64,000 nt of DNA from Deltaproteobacteria bacterium (GCA_019311115.1 JAFDDB010000001.1:30674-94673), one strand, 5' to 3'. Shown: positions 19,571-28,515, counted from the first letter of the stretch. Numbers and translations are program-made. The notes: generated by a model not told the origin, from the letters alone.

Positions 19571-22500
19571 TCAGCTCTTCCTGGCCCAGAACTCGCTGAA
19601 GTCGCGGCAGCGGACCCGCTCGAAGCGCTCGATCGAGGGCGGCATCCCGCCGTTGGCGAGCGGGATCTCGGCCTCGGTCTGCAGGTCGAACTGCTGATCC
19701 ACGGCCCCGTCGAAGTCGCTGTCCTCCATCTGGACCGCGGCCTGTCCTCCCTGGAACGTGATCCAGACGTCGGGGAGGCGATCGGCGTTCGTGTCCGCAT
19801 CCAGGCGTGTCTGCTCGCCGTCGTCGAAGACCTGGCGGCGGTCCGCCCAGCCGTCCTTCGTCGAGTCCTCGAGCGCGCTGCTGACGACGCCAGCGGCGTA
19901 CTCGATGACCTCGTACGGCGTGCAGCGGTACACCGGGACTCCGCCCTTGTCGAAGCGCGTCAGGCGGTCCGGCCGGCCGTTGCAGTTGCGGTCCTCTTCC
20001 TGGAGCAAGACGCGCTCCTCTTCGCTCTGCGGATCGAAGTGGATCACGATGTTGGGCTTGCTGCAGCGGCCGCGCGCCTCGGCTTGGAGGATGCGCCGCC
20101 CGTTCGCGAAGTCGACCCACACATCGATGATGTCGTTCTGGTTGGTGTCGATCTGCCGTCGCACGATCACGCCTGCCTCCAGGAACGAGGTCGTGTCGTA
20201 CCGACAGTCGCCATCGGTGTCGACGATGTCCTCCTTGAGGTCGCCGGTCTCGTCGAGCACCTGCTTGTGGTCGAGGCAGCCGTCGCCCGAGGAGTCCTCC
20301 TCGACCTCGCGCGGCTTGCCGTCGACGTAGCGCATGACGCGGTTCGGCTTGCCGTCCTCGTCCGCGTCCTCGATGCGCTCGGTGGGCGTGCCGTTGGCGT
20401 CATACCGGGTCAGCAGATCGGCCTTGCCGTCACGGTCGCCATCCTCGCGGCTCTCCCGTACCTGCCCATCCGCGTACAGCGACAGCCACTGGTCGACGTT
20501 GCCGTCCGCGTCGCTGTCGAGCTCTTGCGCCACGGCGACGCCGTCCTTCAGCGTCACGGTCGCGTCGTACACGCCGTCCAGGTCGGTGTCTTCCGCGATG
20601 CGGTGGGGATCCTCGGCTCCGGCCTTGAAGTACGCCCGGCGGTCCGCGATGCCGTCGGCGTTCTTGTCCGTCTCGACGCGGGCGCGCTCGCCCTTCTCGA
20701 AGTACGAGATCGAGTCATAGAGCCCGTCCCGCGTGGTGTCCGCCTCCTGGCGCGACAGCACGTCGCCTTCGAAGTACGAGATGGTGTCGACCTGGCCGTC
20801 CCCGTCCGAGTCTTCTTCCTGCCGCTCCCGCCCGCCCTCGCTCTTCAGGTGGAGGCGCGTGTCGAAGTTGCCGTCGAAGGTGGTGTCGGAGCGGGTCGTC
20901 GCCGCCACGCCGTCCTGGTAGAGGGTGACCTGGTCGTCCTGCCCGTCGAAGTTGCGGTCTTCGCGCTGCTCGGTCTGCACCCCGGCCACGTACGTCTTGA
21001 AGAGGTCGGGCCTTCCGTCGGCGTTGGTGTCGATCTCGTCGGTCGCGGGTTTCCCCTCGGCGTCGAACAGCGTGACCTGGTCGTAGGCGCCGTCGTTCGT
21101 CGAGTCGGTCTGCTGGCGGATCATGGCGCCGCCCTCGAAGTGGCTGACCACCTCGGCGCGGCCGTCCTCGTCCGAGTCGCGCTCCTCGCGGACGCGCACC
21201 TCGCCGGACTCGTCGTAGAAGGTCCGGCCCTCCGGCACGGCGTCGCCGTCCGCGTCGTGTTCGACGATCGACCGCTTGCCCGCCTCGTAGCGGACGTGCA
21301 GGTCGAAGACGCCGTCGTGGTTCTCGTCGGTCCAGTCGCGGGAGACCCGCCCCTGTGCGTCGTACTCCGCGCGGTAGTCGTCGCGCCCGTCGTGGTTGCG
21401 GTCCTCGCGCATCGCCTTGGGCACCTCGCCCGCCAACTCCAGGTGCCGGTCCGGCTTGCCGTCGCCGTCCGTGTCGAGTTCCTGCGACACGCGGACGCCG
21501 TTCTCGAAGTCCGTCCAGCTGTCGGCGCGGCCGCTGTTGTCGGTGTCCTCGATCATCCGCGTCTGCTGGCCGGTCTCGGGGTCGAGAATCAGCCAGCGGT
21601 CCGCGTCGCCGTCCTTGTCGGTGTCGAGTTCCTGCTTCTCGAGCTTTCCGTCGGCGTAGAAGTTCCACAGGTCGGGCTTCGAGTCGTAGTCCTCGTCGAC
21701 CTCCTGTCGTACGGCCACGCCGTTCTCGAGGAACTCCTCGAAGTCGATCCCGCCGTCGCCGTTGCGGTCCTGCTGGCGGTGCTTCGGCTTGCCGTCCTCG
21801 AACTCGATCTGCAGGTCGAGCAGGCCGTCGCCATTGGTGTCCTCGCGCTGCGAGAGTACCTCGTCGCCGTCGAACACGTAGTCGATGTCGATGCGGCCGT
21901 CGAAATCACGGTCCTCGCGCTGCCCGCTGCGCTTCTCGTCCTCGAACGCCACGAACGTGTCGGCCTTGCCGTCCCGGTTCGAGTCGATGTCCCGCGTCTT
22001 CAGTTCACCGGCGGTGTAGGACTCCACGACCTCCGGCCGGCCGTCCTCGTCCATGTCGCGTTCCTGCCGCACCAGCAGGTCGTTCTCGTAGCTGCGGCGG
22101 GTGTCGACCTTGCCGTCTACGTCGGAGTCGACCTCCTCCCGCTGGCGCACCTCGTTCGCGTCGTAGTACACGTAGAGTTCGGTGATGCCGTCCGCCTCTG
22201 CGTCCCGCTCCTGCCTCACGCGTTTCCCGTTCTCGAAGTAGATCTTCGTGTCGCGCTTGCGGTCGTAGTCGGTGTCGATTTCTTCGCGGCTGATCTGGTC
22301 GTTGTCGTAGAACCCGAAGCGGTCGAAGTCGCCGTCGTCGTTCGTGTCCTTCTCGGTCCTCGACTGCTTTCCGTCGGTGTAGTAGATGCGCAGGTCGAAC
22401 GCGCCGGTCGCGTTGGTGTCCTGCTCCTCGAGTTCGCGCTCGCCGTCCGCGCGGTAGTGGGCCCGGGTCTCGGGGCGGCCGTCTTCGTTGCGGTCGATGA

Positions 22501-23020
22501 GCGTCTCGCCGATCCAGGTGACGGCCGGCTCGCTGCCCGACGCAGGCTTGCTCTTGTACAGCGAGATCTCGTTCGGCTTGCCGTTGCCGTCGGGATCCTT
22601 CTCGAGCCGGACCTTGAGGCCGTTCTCGTAGCGGAGGTGGTAGTCGGCCTCGCCCGTGCCGGTCGTGTCGCGCTTCTCGAACGCGGGCCGTCCCTGCAGG
22701 TCGAGCTCGACCCACAGGTCGATGCGCCCGTCGTGGTCGGTGTCCTGCTCCTGCCGGGTCATCTTGGGCCCGTGGAAGAACTGCCAGAGGTCGACGTCGC
22801 CGTCGAAGTTCTCGTCGAGCTCGATGCGCACCGGCTTGGGGCTGCCGGCGTAGTGCTCCCACAGGTCGATCTTGCCGTCCTGGTTCTGGTCCTTCTCGAT
22901 GCGCAGCAGTTGCTCGTTGTCGTCGTACAGGTACTGGTCGGGGTAGTCGAGCGCGGCGAGCGCGGCGCGAGGTCCGATCAGCGCGCAGAGCGCGAGTAGA
23001 GCGGCGAGGGGGCGGAGCAT
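19571..23020 (-). CDS. giant secreted repeat protein (about 42 tandem 24-aa DxDxDG units)
   Basis: 1149 aa with a signal peptide (MLRPLAALLALCALIGPRAALA). It is almost wholly D-[TSR]-[DN]-x-D-G-x-x-D-x4-[YF]-x2-G-x5-[EQ] repeats. Its ATG abuts the tonB-like stop codon. Confidence 0.8.
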   Translation of the reverse strand: MLRPLAALLALCALIGPRAALAALDYPDQYLYDDNEQLLRIEKDQNQDGKIDLWEHYAGSPKPVRIELDENFDGDVDLWQFFHGPKMTRQEQDTDHDGRIDLWVELDLQGRPAFEKRDTTGTGEADYHLRYENGLKVRLEKDPDGNGKPNEISLYKSKPASGSEPAVTWIGETLIDRNEDGRPETRAHYRADGERELEEQDTNATGAFDLRIYYTDGKQSRTEKDTNDDGDFDRFGFYDNDQISREEIDTDYDRKRDTKIYFENGKRVRQERDAEADGITELYVYYDANEVRQREEVDSDVDGKVDTRRSYENDLLVRQERDMDEDGRPEVVESYTAGELKTRDIDSNRDGKADTFVAFEDEKRSGQREDRDFDGRIDIDYVFDGDEVLSQREDTNGDGLLDLQIEFEDGKPKHRQQDRNGDGGIDFEEFLENGVAVRQEVDEDYDSKPDLWNFYADGKLEKQELDTDKDGDADRWLILDPETGQQTRMIEDTDNSGRADSWTDFENGVRVSQELDTDGDGKPDRHLELAGEVPKAMREDRNHDGRDDYRAEYDAQGRVSRDWTDENHDGVFDLHVRYEAGKRSIVEHDADGDAVPEGRTFYDESGEVRVREERDSDEDGRAEVVSHFEGGAMIRQQTDSTNDGAYDQVTLFDAEGKPATDEIDTNADGRPDLFKTYVAGVQTEQREDRNFDGQDDQVTLYQDGVAATTRSDTTFDGNFDTRLHLKSEGGRERQEEDSDGDGQVDTISYFEGDVLSRQEADTTRDGLYDSISYFEKGERARVETDKNADGIADRRAYFKAGAEDPHRIAEDTDLDGVYDATVTLKDGVAVAQELDSDADGNVDQWLSLYADGQVRESREDGDRDGKADLLTRYDANGTPTERIEDADEDGKPNRVMRYVDGKPREVEEDSSGDGCLDHKQVLDETGDLKEDIVDTDGDCRYDTTSFLEAGVIVRRQIDTNQNDIIDVWVDFANGRRILQAEARGRCSKPNIVIHFDPQSEEERVLLQEEDRNCNGRPDRLTRFDKGGVPVYRCTPYEVIEYAAGVVSSALEDSTKDGWADRRQVFDDGEQTRLDADTNADRLPDVWITFQGGQAAVQMEDSDFDGAVDQQFDLQTEAEIPLANGGMPPSIERFERVRCRDFSEFWARKS

Positions 23021-24061
23021 CTAGTCATTTCCGTGCGTGAAGGTAGCGACCAGCCCCTGGGTGATGATGTAGTGGATCTCCTTGGGGGGCGGCGGGAACG
23101 GGCTCGCGTGCCGGAAGGCCTGCAAGCAGGTGGAGCCGAGCTGCTTGCCGTCGGTGCGCACCACCTTGAGGCCGTGCGCGGACCCGCCGCGGTCGATCCG
23201 GAAGCGCAGGTCGACGGTGCCCGCCCCGACCTCGACGGGCGGATTCCAGCGCGAGTAGACGCGGTCGCGGATCATGCGCAGGTAGGCCAGGCAGACCGGG
23301 TCCTTGCGGCAGTCCTTGGCGACTCCGCCGGGGAGCGAGCCGCGGTCCCCGTCGCCGTGCAGCATGCTCTCCGCCGTGCCGGAGTCGCGCGCGTTGATCT
23401 TGGCGCCCTGCAGGTCGCCGTCGACGACCGTGTCCGACGCCACGCCGCGGACGATCTCGGGCGCATCCACGTCGGCGGCGCGCGGGTTCGTGATCGGTCC
23501 CGAGGCCTCGAGCTTGCGCGGACCGGCCGACGCCTTGGTCACCGAGACCCGGCGCACCGTCGGCGCGACCTGGTCGACCTCGATCGGCTGGATCGGGGTC
23601 ACGACCTCGGCGAACGCGCTCACCTTGGTCGTGTCCACCTTGCGCCGCACGACTTCCTTGGGCGCCTCGGTGATCTGCATGCGCTCGACCTCGACGCGGT
23701 CGGCGCGGTGGATCTCGGGCACCGGCTTGAGTTGCTGGACCTTGGGCTGCACCACGTTCTTGAAACGCTTGACGGACGAGTCGAGGATGCGCCGCGCCAG
23801 GATCTTGGGCTTGGGCGGCTCGGGCCGTTCCTCGAGCATCCGGACCTCGACCGTCTCCTCTTCCGGGATGAACACGTCGAGCAGCACGTCCCAGAACAGC
23901 AGCAGGAGCGCCAGGTGAAGGGCCAGCGACAGGATGATCAGCCACCAGGAGCGGTCGTTGCGCCGCTCGTCCGGGTCGAAAGCCGGCAGGCTGGCCGCAA
24001 GCTGGGCCGCGATGCTGGACGACGCCATGGTCGGCGCTGCGATGGCGGACTGGTCGGTCAT
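23021..24061 (-). CDS. TonB/TolA-like energy transducer
   Basis: Internal ATG at 24061, in frame with ORF 23021..24430. TM segment WWLIILSLALHLALLLLFW and Pro/Lys/Glu spacer EERPEPPKPK. The C-terminal TonB_C-like domain includes VDLRFRIDRGGSAHGLKVV...ASPFPPPP. An alternative ATG lies at 24088. Confidence 0.7.
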   Translation of the reverse strand: MTDQSAIAAPTMASSSIAAQLAASLPAFDPDERRNDRSWWLIILSLALHLALLLLFWDVLLDVFIPEEETVEVRMLEERPEPPKPKILARRILDSSVKRFKNVVQPKVQQLKPVPEIHRADRVEVERMQITEAPKEVVRRKVDTTKVSAFAEVVTPIQPIEVDQVAPTVRRVSVTKASAGPRKLEASGPITNPRAADVDAPEIVRGVASDTVVDGDLQGAKINARDSGTAESMLHGDGDRGSLPGGVAKDCRKDPVCLAYLRMIRDRVYSRWNPPVEVGAGTVDLRFRIDRGGSAHGLKVVRTDGKQLGSTCLQAFRHASPFPPPPKEIHYIITQGLVATFTHGND

Positions 24062-24603
24062 CGGCTGGCGGATTCCCCCCGCTCCCATGTTGCTTGTTGG
24101 CCCGGCCAATCGGTGGCGGGCCCCGGAGCCTTGGATCCCTTCCCCCTCTGCTCTATTCGTCCAGGACGTCAGCTCGGCTGAGCGGAATCCAGCCGCGCCG
24201 CTGTGGGCCCCAGGCGGGGCTTCGGGCCGCTGGAGCGCAGACCAACTTAGGGCTCGGATGCGGCCCCTGTCAACCGTCGTCCGTGCGGTAAGTGGCCGAT
24301 GTAAAAGAACTTTTACCTCGATGTCGGAAGCGTCCCCGCCACCCCTCCCGTGACGCGCTGCGGCGCCCGTTGACAACGTGCGTCGAACCCGTGATCGTCG
24401 ATCGGCTGCTCGGAAATGGTTGCGAGCCACTCTCCGGATCAGGCTGCTGCGCTCAGTCCCCCCACCGATCGAACCGATAAGCAGGCTCCAGGGCCGGTAT
24501 CAGGGCGGTGGGACGACGGCCGGGCCGGTCCGCTGGAGGGGGGATCCAGGACGGATGGCGGGATTCGAGCGCTTCGGCGCATGGAACGGGACGCGGACCT
24601 GAC

Positions 24604-25917
24604 ATGGGTCTGACGCTGATCCAGCGCAGCTCGGGGCAGAGGCCCCCGCGCAACCCCAAGATCGCACTGGTCCTGGCCGGCGGTGCGGTCACCGGTGGCG
24701 CCTTCAAGGTGGGCGGGCTGCGGGCGCTGGACGAGTGCCTGGTCGGCCGCGGCGTCTCGGACCTCGATCTGTACGTGGGCCTCTCGGCTGGCGCATTCCT
24801 GGCCACGTCGCTGGCTGCCGGGCTGACGCCGGACGACATGATCGGCGCGCTCGAGGGTACCTCGAGCCGCCTGTCGCAGCTCCGGCCCCTGGACTTCTAC
24901 CGCCCGAACACGGGCGAGTTCATCAACCGGCCGCTGAACTTCTCGGCGCGCCTGGCGGGCTACCTGCCGGGTCTGGCGCTGGATCTGCTCTCAGTGTTGC
25001 CGCAGCTGCCGCGCCGGCTGGGCCCGAGCGTGCGGCGGCTCTTCGAGGAGCCGAACTACACCCACGTAGAGTCGCTGCTGATGGACCTGTTCGACGAGAT
25101 CTCGCCGAAGCGGCAGTTCCCCGCGCTCGGCAGCCTGATCCCGTCCGGGCTCTTCGACAACGCGGCGCTCGAGCGCTGGCTGGCGCAGAACATGGCGGCG
25201 GTCCAGCGGCCGAACCGCTTCGACGAGCTGTACCGCGACACCGGCCGCAAGCTCTTCATCACGGCCTCGAACCTGGATACGGCCGAGCGGGTGGTGTTCG
25301 GGCCGGACGACGACCACGGGCTCTCGATCTCGCAGGCGGTCCAGGCGTCGAGCGCGCTGCCCGGCTTCTTCCGGCCGGCCCGCATCAACGGGGTGGACTA
25401 CGTGGACGGCGGCGTGCAGCGCACGGCCAACATCGACGTAGCGATCGAGCAGGGGGCCGACCTGGTCATCTGCTACAACCCGTTCCGCCCGTTCCTGAAC
25501 GAGGTCGACCTGAGCAGTCCGTCGTACCTGGCCGACCGGGGAATGGGGACGGTGATCAGCCAGGTCTTCCGCACGCTGCTCCACACGCGGCTCCGGCTGG
25601 GCCTGCGGTCCTACCTGCACGACCACCGCTTCCGGGGCGACATCGTGGTGATCGAGGCCCGGGAGACGGACGAGCAGTTCTTCGACCTGAACCCGATGGC
25701 GTTCTGGAAGCGCTCGGACGGCATGCGCCACGGCTTCGAGTCCGTGCGCCAGACCCTCTCGGACCACGCGGACGTGCTGGGCCCGCTCCTCGAGTCCTAC
25801 GGCCTCGACTTCCGGGCCCCCGGCGCCCAGCCCGAGGCGGCCGCGTCCCGGGCGCCCGGTGCCGATGGCTCCGCGGATGAGCCTGCCCTGCGGCTGGTCG
25901 GCACCCGGGCGACCTGA
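24604..25917 (+). CDS. patatin-like phospholipase
   Basis: Internal ATG at 24604. Motifs LAGGAVTGGAFKVG (oxyanion), GLSAGA (GxSxG) and VDYVDGG (Asp of the dyad). Confidence 0.85.
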   Translation: MGLTLIQRSSGQRPPRNPKIALVLAGGAVTGGAFKVGGLRALDECLVGRGVSDLDLYVGLSAGAFLATSLAAGLTPDDMIGALEGTSSRLSQLRPLDFYRPNTGEFINRPLNFSARLAGYLPGLALDLLSVLPQLPRRLGPSVRRLFEEPNYTHVESLLMDLFDEISPKRQFPALGSLIPSGLFDNAALERWLAQNMAAVQRPNRFDELYRDTGRKLFITASNLDTAERVVFGPDDDHGLSISQAVQASSALPGFFRPARINGVDYVDGGVQRTANIDVAIEQGADLVICYNPFRPFLNEVDLSSPSYLADRGMGTVISQVFRTLLHTRLRLGLRSYLHDHRFRGDIVVIEARETDEQFFDLNPMAFWKRSDGMRHGFESVRQTLSDHADVLGPLLESYGLDFRAPGAQPEAAASRAPGADGSADEPALRLVGTRAT

Positions 25918-26068
25918 GCCACAGCGCTGCCCGGGGCTGAAAAGCCGCGAGAAACCGGGTGCTTGGCGCTACCTGCCGGTTGTTCGAGCGAGCCCCGGAT
26001 GCTATGATCCGCCTTCCGCGCACCGCACCGGGAGAGTCTCGTCCCCGGATGCTGCCCGAGCCGTCCAC

Positions 26069-26824
26069 ATGTGCACACTGATCGTCCTCGACCGAGTCGT
26101 GCCCGGCGTACCGCTCTTGGTGGCGTCCAATCGAGACGAGTACTTCCGTCGGCCCGCGGCGCCGCCCGCACGGGTCGCGTCACGGGACGGGCGGCCTGCC
26201 TTCGTCGCGCCCCAGGATCTGGAGGCGGGCGGGACGTGGATGGGGCTGAACGACCGCGGCTTGTTCGTCGGACTCACGAATCGCGCCACGCTGCGGCGCG
26301 AGGACGACCGGCGCTCGCGGGGATTGCTGGTCCTGGATGCCCTGGGCCGGAGCAGCGCAGAGGAGGTCGCCGCCGAAATGCACGAAGGTCTCGAGGGCGC
26401 CTACAACCCGTTCCACCTGCTCTGCGCAGACGGCCACAGCGCCCACCTGACGGTGCTGCGCGATGACGGAGCCTCGACGATCGCCCTCGACCCCGGTGCC
26501 CACGTGGTCTGCAACCACGATCCCGACGATCCGGGTTCGAGCAAGGTGCGGGACCTGCAGCAGCGCGTCGACGCGCTGGACGTCGGCCTGCCGCTCGAGG
26601 CCCTGATGGACGCGCTGGCCGAAGTGCTGTCGAGCCACGCCGAGCCCGGCAATCCGCTCTCGAGCGCGTGCGTGCACACGCCGGACTACGGCACGCGCTC
26701 CTCCACGCTGATCGCCCTCGGCCCGGAGCAGCGCCGCTACTGGCACAGCGACGGACCGCCCTGCGAAGCCAAGTACCGCGACCTGGGAACGCTCCTCGAC
26801 GGAGTCGCTTGCCGGGCCGACTGA
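26069..26824 (+). CDS. NRDE family protein (TANGO2/DUF833-like)
   Basis: Internal ATG at 26069. MCTLIV N-terminus (Ntn-like Cys2), VASNRDEYFRRP and GGTWMG. Confidence 0.75.
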   Translation: MCTLIVLDRVVPGVPLLVASNRDEYFRRPAAPPARVASRDGRPAFVAPQDLEAGGTWMGLNDRGLFVGLTNRATLRREDDRRSRGLLVLDALGRSSAEEVAAEMHEGLEGAYNPFHLLCADGHSAHLTVLRDDGASTIALDPGAHVVCNHDPDDPGSSKVRDLQQRVDALDVGLPLEALMDALAEVLSSHAEPGNPLSSACVHTPDYGTRSSTLIALGPEQRRYWHSDGPPCEAKYRDLGTLLDGVACRAD

Positions 26825-26860
26825 GTTCCACTCCTAGCCGACGATCTGGAGACGATTGAA

Positions 26861-27181
26861 GTGAAGCGAATCGGAAGCAACCTGCGGCCCGCGGAGCAGA
26901 AGCCCCAGCGCAAGCTCCGCAACATCATCCGGTACTCGGACGAGCAGAAGCCCCACAACGATTATCCCAAGCGCATCGTGTCGCCGACGCGACCGGCCTC
27001 CTGCTGCAACGACGAGAACCGCGAGGTGGTCGGGAACGTTCGCGAGGTCGACGGCTTCAAGTACTGCTACAAGATCTGCCGGGAGTGCGGGCACGCCGTG
27101 CGCTACTTCTATCCCGCCGTCGAGACCAACGACGAGGCCGTGCGCAAGTACCGGGACTGGAAGAAGTACATGACCCAGTAG
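26861..27181 (+). CDS. hypothetical basic Cys-rich (zinc-ribbon-like) small protein
   Basis: 106-aa ORF with a GTG start after GGAG and host-like GC3 codon usage. Cys pattern is CC-x21-C-x3-C-x2-C. It is Lys/Arg-rich. No family recognised. Confidence 0.5.
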   Translation: MKRIGSNLRPAEQKPQRKLRNIIRYSDEQKPHNDYPKRIVSPTRPASCCNDENREVVGNVREVDGFKYCYKICRECGHAVRYFYPAVETNDEAVRKYRDWKKYMTQ

Positions 27182-27219
27182 CGGTAGGCGCTCCTGTTCG
27201 AGGGGGAGCGGTTCCGAAC

Positions 27220-28515
27220 ATGCAGATCCGTACCCTCCAGGACGCCGAACGCTACCTCGACGGCTTCATCAACCGCGAGCGCGTGGAGAGCTTCGACTAC
27301 GAGAAGCTCGGCTTGGCGCGCATCCGCGGTCTGCTACAGGCCATCGGCCGGCCGCAGGCGGGTCTGCCGTGCATCCACGTCACGGGCTCCAAGGGCAAGG
27401 GGAGCGTCTCGCTGGCCGCCGAGGCCCTGCTCCGTGCCGCCGGTCGCCGTGTGGGCACCTACACCTCGCCCCACCTCGAGAGCTGGCGCGAGCGCTTCCG
27501 GATCGACGGTCGGGTCGTCGCGGTCGAGGACATGCTGCGCGCGCTGCGGCGCATCCAGCCCGAGGTGGACCGCGTGAGCGCCGACCCGGAGACGCGGCCG
27601 AGCTTCTTCGACGTCACCACGGCGCTCGCCTTCGAGATCTTTCGCGACGCGTCGGTCGACGCCGGCGTGATCGAGGTCGGGCTCGGCGGAAGACTCGACT
27701 CGACGAACGTGGTGGATTCGTCGGTCTGCGTGCTGACGGCCGTGCAGCTCGAGCACACCGACAAGCTCGGTGAGACCTTGGAAGAGATCGCGCTCGAGAA
27801 GGCCGGCATCTTCCGCAAGGAGGTCCCGGTCGTACACGGACCGCTCCCCCCCGAGGCCTACGGCGCACTCTTCGCGCGCTCGGTCGCCGAGGACGCTCCC
27901 CTCGAAGAGGTCGAGGCGCGCGACGTCCGTCCGACTCCCGAGGGCCAGCGGTTCGGACTGCCGGACGGCCGCGTCGTCGAGACCTGCGTGATCGGGACGC
28001 ACCAGGCCACGAACCTGGCGATCGCGGTGCGGTCGTGTGAGCACTTCCTCGGGCGCGCGCTGTCCCCGGCCGAGATCGGCGCGCTGCGCTCGCTGGCGCT
28101 TCCGGCCCGGCTCGAGCGCATCGGTCCGCTCGTGCTCGACTCCGCGCATACGCCCGACTCGGCGCGTGCGCTGCGAGAGACCGTGTGCGCGCGCTGGCCG
28201 GGCCGCCGCTGGGTGCTCGGCCTCTCGATCTCTCGCGACAAGGACGCCCGCGGCATCCTGCGCGAGCTCGCGGGCGAGGCCCGGCTCTGCATCCTGACGC
28301 GGGCCGAGCCGACCCGCTCGATCGACACCGGCGAGCTCGAGGCGCTGGCGCGGGCCTGCGGAGTGGCCCGCGTCGAGGTCTGCGAGGACCCGCTCGAGGC
28401 CGCGGAGCGGGTGCGCAGCGAGTGCGCGCCCGACGAGATCGGCGTGCTGACCGGCTCGATCTACTTTGCCGGCGCCGTTCGTGGCCGGCTTTTGGAGCCC
28501 GCGCGGAGTCGGTAG
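27220..28515 (+). CDS. folC: bifunctional folylpolyglutamate synthase/dihydrofolate synthase
   Basis: Internal ATG at 27220. Mur-ligase motifs HVTGSKGKGS and TSPHL, plus GLGGRLDSTNV and DSAHTPDS. Confidence 0.85.
   Translation: MQIRTLQDAERYLDGFINRERVESFDYEKLGLARIRGLLQAIGRPQAGLPCIHVTGSKGKGSVSLAAEALLRAAGRRVGTYTSPHLESWRERFRIDGRVVAVEDMLRALRRIQPEVDRVSADPETRPSFFDVTTALAFEIFRDASVDAGVIEVGLGGRLDSTNVVDSSVCVLTAVQLEHTDKLGETLEEIALEKAGIFRKEVPVVHGPLPPEAYGALFARSVAEDAPLEEVEARDVRPTPEGQRFGLPDGRVVETCVIGTHQATNLAIAVRSCEHFLGRALSPAEIGALRSLALPARLERIGPLVLDSAHTPDSARALRETVCARWPGRRWVLGLSISRDKDARGILRELAGEARLCILTRAEPTRSIDTGELEALARACGVARVEVCEDPLEAAERVRSECAPDEIGVLTGSIYFAGAVRGRLLEPARSR

Noticed and set aside
18683-22999. A 1438-aa plus-strand ORF, the longest in the track.
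   Set aside because: It is antisense to both repeat-protein genes and crosses their intergenic gap. Its sequence is monotonous Val/Leu/Ala/Asp/Arg/Gly, the mirror image of GAC/GAG/CGC-rich repeat codons (GAC becomes GTC). It has no signal, domain or RBS logic. It is a shadow ORF of the minus-strand genes.
14938-24061. Reading the cluster as the canonical tol-pal or an iron-uptake tonB-exbBD locus.
   Set aside because: - There is no TolB-type protein motif, YbgC or CpoB.
- There is no TonB-dependent receptor, siderophore gene or Fur box that I could see.
- The gene order (convergent halves, a vWA insert, giant repeat proteins) does not match either canonical locus.

For these reasons it is reported as a finding rather than annotated as tol-pal.
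24292-24613. Small plus-strand ORFs (62-74 aa) inside the 542-bp gap.
   Set aside because: They overlap each other in different frames, are Arg/Pro/Cys-rich, and lack RBS support. They are more likely non-coding sequence.
24604-26824. Patatin phospholipase plus NRDE as a possible anti-phage (CBASS-like effector) module.
   Set aside because: No cyclase, nucleotidyltransferase, sensor or other defence partner lies adjacent. The flanking genes are housekeeping (folC). The patatin looks like an ordinary stand-alone lipase.
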